From the NCBI GenBank assembly GCA_026023565.1, contig JAPETS010000022.1, forward strand, positions 372,001 through 436,000: 64,000 nt of DNA. Direction: 5' to 3'. A program made the position numbers and the translations under genes. This DNA comes from Cirrosporium novae-zelandiae. Its lineage: Eukaryota. Numbering within the stretch: position 1 is the stretch's first letter; every line of letters begins with the position of its first letter. Below the pieces are notes generated by a model, which searched no databases, was not told the DNA's origin, and worked only from the letters and a program-made list of their open reading frames with translations. Below are positions 35,968-46,773 of the stretch, piece by piece.

Positions 35968-38900
35968 TGGGGTAGGGTCGTGGAAACAATTCCCCCCCCC
36001 GCACGGATAGATAACGGATAGATAATTAGCCTGACAGCCCTATCACCCCATAGCTAAATTATGCGAAAACGCTAACTAGGGATATACCAAAGGCAAATGA
36101 ATCCACCATATATCTATCACATAAGAACCTTTCTTTTCGCACACACACATACAAACGCCCCTATCCCAGCGTAAAACTTTTCAATCCCCCTTGAAAACAA
36201 TACTGTACTATACCACCAAAGCTACCTCCTACCTACCTACTATACCTCCAACCATATACCCTCCTTTCTCCTATACCAAAATCCAAAACCCCATATACCC
36301 CAACACACCCCTACAATCCCAGACAAAACCAGACCAAACCAAAATAAACCAAAAAATAATAACGTTAAAAAAATATTACAAACGCAGGCCATGTTTTTTT
36401 TATTAAGGCATCATTTTTGTGTGTGTTAACTTCGTTTGATTGCTTAAAACTCATTATTCCTTTTTTTTTTTTTTTATGAAAAAGGTTTCTTGAAAGCCAA
36501 TTATTCTATAATTAAAATGAAATAAATTAGATAAAGATATTATAACTAGGTAGTTGACTCTAACAATGTTGTTTATATCTCACGTTTTTTTTTTTTTTGG
36601 TTTAGTTAGGTAAGAGTGCGTTGTTTGTTAGTTTATTTGTTGTTATAAACAAAAAAGGGAAAATGTCAAGGATTAAGTTCCTATAGTCTAGGTAGCGGTA
36701 TAAGTGCGTTGCTCGCGCAGATAGTTGTAGTATCTTAATAGTAGTGTATATCAGTATAATACGAAGACTGAAAGCTGGGCTTTCCTAGTCTCCTCCTTTC
36801 CCTCTATATAAAGTCCTTATTCTACGGCGACTTATCGGCGCCACGTAGCGCCACATTCTCGCCTACGTTCCACCTTCGGTCCGTAGGTCTAGAGCCTCGT
36901 CCTAGTGCTTTCCTTCTCCTTCCTTTGTGACAGAAAATAAATATTTGAAAATGTATAATCATGTGGCTTTCTTTTTTAATTTTATTCTAAGCTATAAGCT
37001 TAGGCTTTGGATGGACAAGACGAGACGTTTATTCTAACCTCTACTTATAGATATTTATATGTGTATGTATGTATGTATGTATGTATGTATGTATAGTCAT
37101 GATTCATGATTCTAAATTTGGAGGGTCGTTTATCTATAATCGATAAATGGGTGGGTAGATACGTGATACATGAGGTGTGGTGCGATATGATGTAGTATAG
37201 GATATAATAAAGTCCCCGAAACCATACAGTTACAGTTACAGTAAAATCCCCTTTATCTTAAACTACCCTTTTTCTCTAATTAGAAAATCATCAACTCTAA
37301 CCCCTATTTCCTTTTCACTTTTACAGGACACTGAAACCGAAACCGAAACCGAAACCGGTATTCCGAGAACAACATCATACGTACTGTATATACTTATACA
37401 CATGGCTTACAGCCTACTTTCCTGCCTCTTTAACCCCCTCTCCTCTTCCCCTTTTAATTATCCACTACCATCCACTACGACTACTATACTGACCTCCTAT
37501 CTATCTAACACAAAGCCCCCCCCCCCTTCCCACAAAAATAAAAAAAATGAATAAAAATATAAATATAAATCGTACGGTCATTGTCATTCAAGAAAAATTA
37601 TAATTGTCGTAAAGGTATTCGATAAAGATATTCGGTAAAAAAGTACGGAAAGAAAGAAAGAAATGATGTAAGATGCAAGATCTCAACCGAATATAACCAA
37701 CTCAAACAAAAGATCAATTCTTTTTTTTTAAGGTAAGGAGCTTGCACGTTTGTTTTTTAAAAATACTCTTCTAGGGTAGTAAGGACGGAGACAAACCGAC
37801 CAACCAAACCGTCCAAATAAAACCCTTCTACATTACAAACCCCAATTACCTATTACCTAAACTATCCTTTACCCTATAACCAAATGAACACCCCTCAAAA
37901 AAATAGAATTACAAAGTACCCCCCTTTCTTTACTCTTCGATAAAGGTCTAACTCCTATCTCCTATTTCTTTTTTTTTTTCAAAGAGAGTTTATATATAGT
38001 TAAATAAATAAAACTAATTGATTTTATTATATTTTTTGCTGGGGTAGGGTGGGGTGGTTTTTTGTTGGTTCATGATAAGGCTTGTGGGGAAAGGATTTTT
38101 TTATTAGTTGGGGGGAAGTAGGGACAATGAGAAGAGGGAAGGGGGGGGGGTTAGTGTACTGGAGAGTGTAGTATATTATATTGTACTTGTAGTATATATA
38201 TTCCCGTAAGGCTCTCCTGCAGAGTTTCTACCTAAAAGACTTCTAAAGTATTGTGGTAGCGGAACTTTAGTAATATATCGAGACTAGTTATTAATTCCCC
38301 CCTTTTGAGGAGCTACTCGAGTACTACCTACCTGTCTACCTACCCACTTAACTTCATCTTTGTTATTTTGTTTTGTTTACACGTATGTATGTAGGTAATT
38401 AATTAGTCATGACTAGACCGGAAGGCTTATACATGTAGTCTACTGTAACACGTAGGATATGATAGGATAGGCTTGTACCATGGTACCACGTCATAGTAAA
38501 ATCCAAGGCGGGAATTACATGCGGTATATATTGAATTATCAAAGATGACTTTTAAACACAGTTGTAATATATAAACTTAATACGACGTTTTGGCCCCCAG
38601 AATATAATTAGAACAACTCTGGGTTTTTGTATATATAATCTAGTTCCGGTTGTAACATAAAGTTATAGCTCAGCTCGTAGGACCTTTTGAGCTTATTGAT
38701 TGGTTCGGGTTAATTATAACTAATCCCCGCATAGTCTAGCACCCCTGACAAAGGAAGGGCAGCGAGCAAGGGTATGAAATAATCAATCAATTAATTAATC
38801 GGTTGGTGGAACGGATCTGGCCTAACTCTTTATGCTTGAAGCGAATAGACTAAGAATCGGAACCAAACCAGCCTTATCAGCACTCTAATTAAGGGATTTT

Positions 38901-39076
38901 TTCAATACCTAACCTCTACACCTTTAGCTAAAATGCCTGTAAACATTTAGTTACGCAGTACTTAAGTGATTTAACCAGGCACATGAGGGTTTTCGGAAAA
39001 ACAATATGGACGCTCCCTATTATTAGCTAACGCGCCCTGTCGCCAATTGACTCGATTAAAAGGCTCACTGTGCAAC

Positions 39077-42000
39077 ATGTCGACGCTTTCGCCGGCTTCG
39101 ACAGTGGTTGATGGCACATATGCTAATGAACCGGAAGAAAATCTAAAAGAGGCAAGTTCGATATATAGAGGAGAAGGACCTGGTTATTGGTAATTGCTAA
39201 TAGCACCATTTATTGCGGCAGAGCATGATCCCAACTCGTTGGCTAGAAGCCTTCAACCAGTTAAGCGACGACGAGCGGGCAGAGCTCAAATTTGCTCGCG
39301 ATACACCATGCCCAAGCCCGTCGTCAGTGCTTAAAACGATCGCGGACAAGAGGGATGAATGTGCGAAGAAGCAATGGGTGTTTTATACCCATAAGAATGG
39401 AGAGAAGGTTAGGGTGCGAGATATATTCAATAGGATAAGTGGCTGGATCAATAAGTTTAAAGAGGTAGGAGATGCGGCGGTTCAGTATGATCCGGGACAT
39501 GCTGCACTTCCTTGGGCGGTTGTGCGATTCCTTCTTCAGGTAGGGTAGAAATTCATTTCTAGTTAGGGACAAAGCTCACCAGGAGCTCAGATCGCTGTAA
39601 ATGACTGCGAGACATTTGGAAGCATGCTAGAGAGTATTGAGAGTATCTCAAGCATTGTCGCGAGGTATACCGAACTTGAGACGAGAGTTCTAATTAGAAC
39701 CTCTGTCCTGACGAAGCAACTTTCGACCGCTTTGGTCAAACTCTATGTCACTATCTTACAGTTCCTTGTTCAGGCTCGTCGGTACTATGGGAAGCGAACG
39801 ATCGGTAACCAAATTTTGTAAACTGTTTAAAATTATCTTGTTGTTTTGCTAATTGTGTCTAAAGAGAAAGTTTTGAAAAGCCCGTTTCAAAGTGCCAAGT
39901 CTGTTGTTCATGAGCCAATTCTTCGCATCGAAAAATACGAAGATGGTGTGTACAGATTAGTATTACTTGTCCAAAACGAATGCTTAGGCACTTCAGTTGC
40001 AGAAATAATTGCCAAAATTAAGGAGAACATGATGAACCCTCGTATAGCAAACGAAGAGCGAAATAGGCGCCTCTCTGCTTGGATCAACGCTATCGACACT
40101 AAGAATATCTATGAAACTGCGCTGTATAGTCACCACCCCGGAACATGCGAGTGGGCATTGAATCTAGAAGAGTTAAAAACTTGGTCATCTTCACAATCGG
40201 CTCAAGGAAAGCTTTTTTGGATTCACGGACCACCCGGCTTCGGCAAGACATTTATATCGGCTTGGATCATTCAGCATCTAATCAAGGAGAGCCAAAGACC
40301 AGTCTCATACTTTTTCTGCGTAGCAGACAACTCACTCACTCGGGATCCATATTCTATACTTCGATCTTGGTTGTCCCAACTTTTAGAGCAAAATCAGGAC
40401 GTTCTGCCTCTTATAGATGCTGTTTTGACTACAAGGACAAGTAAAGGCCAGGTGTTAACACATTTAGAACTTTGGCAGCTGTTTGATATGGTTGGAGAAA
40501 GCATTCCCGGATGCACTTTCGTCGTGGATGGGTTTGACGAATGTACTTACATTAACTCTGGACCACAATATCATACGCAAGATCCACGAAAATATTTCCT
40601 CCGCGACTTAGTCCAACACCTTTCTAAGACGAAATCCCGTGTTTTAGTGGTCAGTAGAGATGTCCCAGATATTAAAGAGTATTTAAACAAATCCTCCGAA
40701 CACTCCTCAGGCATCGAGATGTACGAATACGAAATTACATCGGAGGACACGGCTGGGGACGTCAAGGCATTTTCCGAGAGCATGGTCAATTATAAGCTTC
40801 CAAAGAAGAGTCAAAACCTGAGAGAGAAGATCGCGAAGGAAGCAGCTGAAAGGAGTCAAGGCATGTTTCTATGGATAAATCTCTTGGAGAAGGAGATATC
40901 GCCCGGGAAAAATGCTAAAGAGCTAAGCAACATGGTGCGCAATATGCCACCAGGAGTCAGTGAAGCATATTCGCGGGAAATAGAAAAAATAAACCAAATG
41001 CCTCAAGAAGACAAAGAAAAGGCACTGATAATCCTGCGGTGGGTTCTATTTGCTGTCCGCCCTCTTCAAGTTAAGGAACTAGCAGAGGCACTCATTGTGT
41101 CTGATGATGGGGAATTGGAGAAGTATCCTGATGATGACTTACCAGACCCATGGAAAGACTCTTTCGTCGATGAAGACTATGTGAACGAAAACATTCTGGG
41201 TCGCTGTGGATCGCTGCTACAGATAAGATCAAGCTCCCCACTTGAGCCCCTAGCAGACCGTACAGTTCATTTCGTTCACTTTTCCGTAAAGGAGTACCTT
41301 TCTAGCCTTAAACCCACGAATACCTTAGCCAAGGCTCTTGGTTTAGAGGACAGCAGGGCGGAGGAAATCCGTCTTTCTAAAATTTGTCTACGCTATCTTG
41401 CGTTGGACGTGTTTGAAGAGATTCCGCCAAAAACCGACATCTACCCATTTCTATCCTATGCGGCATGGGCATGGTATTTTCACGGCTTTCACCAAAAGCC
41501 AACGCCATCCCAGGACATCATGCACTGGACACAGAAGGTCTTCGATCCATCCACCTCTAGTTGGAGAGTTTGGAGTCCTGTTCTTGAAGCCGAACTTTGC
41601 GATTCAGAAGATGAAGATGAAAAGCGGGATTTGGGAATAGTTTCTAGCAGCTCTGAAAGTGACGAATCTAGCAGTTCTGGTAGCGACAAAATATCTGACT
41701 CCATCGTTGAGCAACTTCCCGAAAGATTGGGTCCGGGGCTAGTGTCGTCCATTCCCGACAAGATTGCATTATTCGATTCGACTGTTCAGAACCCAATATA
41801 CTACGCTTCCCTATTAGGGTTGAAAGAGATTGTCAAATGGCTAGAGGAGCAAGGACTAAATTGCACTTGTGCAGGTGGTCACTTTGGCTTTCCGCTACAA
41901 GCAGCAGTCGCAAGAAACAATAAGGAAGTAGTGATTCACCTTCTTGATCGAAAGGCCGATGTGTTGCAGAAAGGAGGACAATACGGTGCAGCTATCATTG

Positions 42001-43688
42001 CAGCAGCCGCAGTATCAACCCTGGAAATCGTAAAGATCCTACTGAAAGCGGGAACGGATTTGATGGCTACCGATGAAAGAGGATGGACAGCGCTTCATCA
42101 CGCCTCAAGAAGGGGTGCCGTTAGAATTGTTGAACAGCTAGTTAACAGTGGCGCGGATATCAATGCCGTCACTGGCTATGGCTCGACGGCAATAAGCCTG
42201 GCATGCAAGAATGGGAATGAGCCTGTCTTATCAATGCTATTTACCAAAGGGGCTAATTTTGAGATAAAAAACAAGGCTGGCGAGACGCCCTTGCATGTTG
42301 CCATAACCAATAAGCACGAAGGTTTGGCTTGCAAGCTACTGGAAGCTGGCGCCTCTATTGATGTCCAACCCCGGAATGGTTTCACGCCTCTGTTTCTGGC
42401 TGTCCAATATGGCTGTCCTGCAGTGGTTGACGAGTTGCTCGGCAAGAACGCGAAACTAAACCACTTATTTAAAAATAATTGGACAATTTTGCATCAAGCA
42501 GTTGTAGAAGCAGACTTGGGGATAGTCAAGAAGTTACTTGAAGCTGGTGCAGATATTATCTGTTCGAGTGACCAGGGAGTCACTCCTCTGCATATAGCGG
42601 TCTTGGATAACAGTCTGGAGATCATTAAACTGCTTCTTGACTACGGTGCTCTCGTGGACCAGACATCGGAAGGCAATTTCAATGCGCTCTTCTTAGCAGT
42701 TCGAGAGGGTAGTAGTCTCGGAGTCATCGAGTTACTATTAGCATATGGAGCGTCAATGCAAGTTATCGAAGAAGAATCACAGTCAACGCTATTCGATGCT
42801 ACGACTAACCTTAAGATTTCAGAGGTCCTAGTGAGACATGGCTGCTTTCAGATGCGTAGCCATACGAACACTGATCTACAGCAACGAATTGCGATGACTG
42901 ACAAACCAGAAGACAACCTCATCATGATGGCCTTTTCTGGTGATGTCAAGCGAGTCAAGAACTTCATCCAAGAGAGACGCAGCAGTATAAACCAAGATGC
43001 CCTCGACGAAGCTCTTCAAATTGCTGCTGCCCGTGGATTTGCCAACGTCGTCACACTTTTTCTCGAGAATGGAGCAAAAGTGAATCAAAAAGATGTGAAT
43101 GGAAGAACCGCGTTGCATCACGCCGCATCTCATAACCACAAAGACGTGGCTAATATTCTTATTGATAAAGGGGCAAGTCTTTCTGTGGAAGACGATATTG
43201 GATCAACACCTATAAATTTGTTCGTCAAAAATGGACTAGAAGCTTCCAGTTTTATACAGCGACACATGATAGACTTTAGCTTTGCTGTTAGGAGAAAGCC
43301 TTCCCTTCCTGACAATACCGGTGGGCAGACGAGCGCCAATGCAGCAGGAAGAGTCAGGAAAGTCATCTCAGGCTATTGGAGTGGTTATTATGAATATTTG
43401 AGCTGGATGGAAGGGCGTAAAGACTCATTTTCAATCGTCATTCCAGACGCAATGCCTCACGGATCGTCTAGCTGCACATTCTCGAGCAAGAACACGGATG
43501 AAGCAGGAGACTTTCAATTTCATGGATTTGTCGACGAAGAGGGTATCATATGGTTTGTTAAGTTGTATTGTGGCTGTGGATGGCTCTATCGTGGTCAGCT
43601 CGATCCAGATCGGCAGACATTGAGAGGAGCCTGGGGAGGCAACCAGAAGTTGTGGTTTGGGACTTTCAAGCTTAGCCGCTCGTCGTGA
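39077..43688 (+). CDS. NLR-like STAND protein: helical N-terminal domain + NACHT + ankyrin repeats + extra C-terminal beta-rich domain, 4 exons
   Basis: KFKEVGDAAVQYDPGHAALPWAVVRFLLQ N-terminal motif. HPGTCEW..FWIHGPPGFGKT (Walker A, 40227-40250), FVVDGFDEC (Walker B), GMFLWI, RPLQVKEL, VHFVHFSVKEYL. About 10-12 ankyrin repeats (GWTALH, GETPLH, GFTPL, GVTPLH, GRTALH). No disruptions seen. Confidence 0.92.
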
Positions 43689-43721
43689 AGAGAACTCATA
43701 TCCCGCAATTTTCTTACAGCT

Positions 43722-43781
43722 CAGTACGAGGGAAGGGAATAGACTAGACCGTCTATGCAGTCTGGTCCATTCCCTCTACTG
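43722..43781. mobile_element. 60-bp foldback mini-element related to family A
   Basis: CAGTACGAGGGAAGGGAATAGACTAGAC...GTCTGGTCCATTCCCTCTACTG imperfect TIR. Shares the TAGACCGTCTATG core with family A. Confidence 0.6.
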
Positions 43782-44460
43782 CTTGCTTCTGTAACTCGTT
43801 CTAATGTATGTTAGAAAATGTTTCGTCTAGCTTCAGCTCATTGGATCAAGGCTATAGCAAATATAGACACCCAGTTAGCCTTAATAGATGTAAAATAAGA
43901 ACATCAATAAGGGAATAATTCGAAACCCCGCATTGGAGACATCCTCGCATTACACCTAGCCACACGGCTGACAATCCATTATTAAAGCCAATAACTTCGA
44001 GAAGCACCTTAAATTCCTGGTTGAAGGTCAAGAAGTGACCTACCGTCAATAGTAGACAGAAATACTCAGTAGTTGAACGGCGAGATGAGCTTTACGGCCA
44101 TTGATCTTCGTAGGAGGGCAAGAGGACACATTAGGGCTGAGGAGGAGTCCTATTCCTGTTGGGTTGAATTTTCGTAATTTTTAAGTTTGTGCCTAGAGCT
44201 AAAAGGTCATATGCTATTTCAGCCTGAGGCCTCAAATTCCCCGACTGAATACCATACCCGCCGAGTGTGCCCCTAAATATTATACCAAGGCTTCTTTTAA
44301 ACGCTGTGATGCTCACTCTGATCATTCTACCGCGCACTTGAGTGAGTGAATACCCTAGTACCAAGGTTACAAATTTACCAACCTTTATACATCTAGGGTT
44401 TTTAAACCTAGGTCCTCTTACTTAAAAGCCTACCACTTGGCCTCGAATTACATCCCCCCC

Positions 44461-44608
44461 ACCTTATAATTCGTATTTATATAAACCAAACAGACCTTGA
44501 GCAATCAAGGTCTGGTCTGGTCTATCAAAAAGCTCGGTCTGGTCGGTTTATGGTCTATAGATCGTCTACGATAGACCGTCTATTTGGGCTGGTCTATTCA
44601 CAACACTG
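44461..44608 (-). mobile_element. Family A element end (longer variant) terminating GGTCTATTCACAACACTG
   Basis: The reverse complement matches 55685-55806 apart from a ~27-bp internal indel. Confidence 0.8.
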
Positions 44609-44736
44609 AGTCTGGAAAACGTAAGATGACCTTTCTAACCGTCCATCTGAAGACATATTCAATCAATCAAAATATGTGGGGAAGGTCATCGTCGATGACC
44701 TTAACGACAAAATCATATACGCAAGGCCACGAAAAC

Positions 44737-44830
44737 CAGTGTTGGGAATAAGCCAGACCGACGAGACCGAGAGGGCTAGTCTGGTCGATCTATCAAAATC
44801 AAAAGTTCGGTCTCGCTTAGTGGACCGACT
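44737..44830 (+). mobile_element. Diverged family A left end
   Basis: CAGTGTTGGGAATAAGCCAGACCGACGAGACCGA..AGTCTGGTCGATCTATCAAAA resembles the left halves of the 19270 and 59290 copies. Confidence 0.65.
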
Positions 44831-45056
44831 AATTAACTCTTATTATCCGATCGGTCCAACCGATCTTCAGTCATGTAATTATACAGGGGAAACTAATGGT
44901 CAGTAAATTATTATACAATATATAAGTAAGAGTCTTAACAAAGATGTTGGTGATAATCTCCACCATGTCTCCGAGCCTTACCAGCAGTATTACAGCTAAG
45001 GAATGCGGGGTTCTAACCAGCTGAGCATGCTTATTTTTTGCTGCTTATTGCCTATC

Positions 45057-45261
45057 CCCTAGACGAGCCTCCAAGTGTGCCCGCTAATCAGTAGGGATGT
45101 CATGTAAGGATTATAATAGGTCAGATAACTATTTTCAGGCAGAACCAGACATCAATTTCTTTGCTGAATCATACTGAGCCTCAAGATCTTATTATTGGGC
45201 CAATTGACCCCCCAGTTTTACCCCCCCCTGCTAGCGGGCGCACTTGGAGGCCCGTCTAGGG
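45057..45261. mobile_element. MITE family B, copy 2 (205 bp, ~30-36-bp TIR)
   Basis: CCCTAGACGAGCCTCCAAGTGTGCCCGCTA / TAGCGGGCGCACTTGGAGGCCCGTCTAGGG (2 mismatches in 30). Core closely matches 24708-24852. Confidence 0.85.
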
Positions 45262-46773
45262 AACAATGTTGGAACACTGAAGATCAATTCTAAGAGGAGT
45301 AGAAGTTGATTGAATAGCAAGCGAGGTTATCTTACAAGCTAGGCCCTTGGGGCATTGCAAATATAAAAAAATGATATACAGAAAGGAACTCGAGGTCAAA
45401 TTTGGGCTTTTGAATAGATGTCAGAGCTACCTCCTCCACAGCAGCTTCAGTCTGAGCCTCCTTGGTGTTTAATACAGGTCCCGGTATCGACGAGTTTTGA
45501 GCCGTTAAGCTAAAGAGGGAGCCATAAATATGCTAACCCCTTGGGGTGAAATGGCATGGCTTTTATAATTACCATGCCCCCCCCCCTTTAACCCACTAGA
45601 CAAAAACCCTAAAATCAACCAACTTCAGCCTTACGAAACCTAAATCTAACCCCTCCCTCCCTCCCTCTCATATCCATCCATCCCACATCCCCTCTCCTTG
45701 GAGCCTCAACACCACAACCACTACCCCCCCCAGCCTTCCCACTATGAAACCTCCTACATACTTAGACCAAATAAATAATAAAACTTTGAAGTAAATCAAA
45801 AATTTTGAACTAATCTATAAACGAAATCACCGTGTCCGATCGAGGAGGGTAGTAGGGGGGGAAGGGGGACTGGAATCTTATACCGAGTATATCTAGTCTA
45901 GTCTAGTCCACAGTCTATTAATTATTTTATAACTCATACATCTTAATCACACCCCACAGTTCCTACCTATATATTCAGAAAAGATTTCATAGGCCATAGA
46001 AGTAAGCTACTAAGCACAGCACTCCTTCCGTCTCTCCTAATATTCTACCCCCGACGTCCGTTGAATTTTCATCAAAGGTTACTGAGATACTGAGCTGAGT
46101 AACTTAGTATTTAGTATGATGTGTGGTGGTGCAATGCGTGACTTAACACATGCGTACTAAAGACGCTTAGGTAGAAAGGGAAATATAATTTTTTTTTTCT
46201 TTTTTTAGATTTGGATTTGCCATCCAAGTGTCTTTTTGGTGTAACGGAACCTGAGTTAGGTCTGTCTGCCATGCTATTAAAGGGAAAAACAACTTGGTCT
46301 AAATAGGCAGGACTATAGTAGTGGGATAAAGCTAGGGTTTTCAAGTCTGGTTGAAACGGGGATTGGATTCAATATCTATATGACAAGTTTGCTTAATTTT
46401 AAGATCTATTTGTGGTCTTTATGGGTAGTTTTGTTGGCTTTTGTAATCGCTTTGAGAGGAGTGTTCTAGTGGCCGTGTTGTGATGTTAGGCAATGGTGAA
46501 ATTTGTGAGGACTATATAGTAATATTAGAAAAGAGAGTTGTTTTTTTTGAAATTGGGTAAATTAAGATATTTACCCTAAAAATTAAAAGACTTATACAAA
46601 TATCAAAGTAATTAGAAAAGTCATGAGTACTACCCCGAAAGTCTAAGTCAATATAAGTGAATACTCGACACCTGTGGCCACCCTAACCTAATGGGCTAGT
46701 CGTGCTATAGTTCAGAAGGATAGTCGATGATTAACAGTTTGTTTGTCTCACTTCAATTTTGAAGACACGTAGT

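Noticed and set aside
39077..39151. Amyloid signalling motif at the NLR N-terminus
   Set aside because: MSTLSPASTVVDGTYANEPEENLKE lacks the N/Q/G-rich HRAM, PP or sigma pattern, and no matching motif was seen on neighbouring genes.
45057..45261. piggyBac assignment because the arm begins CCCTAGA
   Set aside because: There is no TTAA target duplication, and the other copies end TCTCCT.
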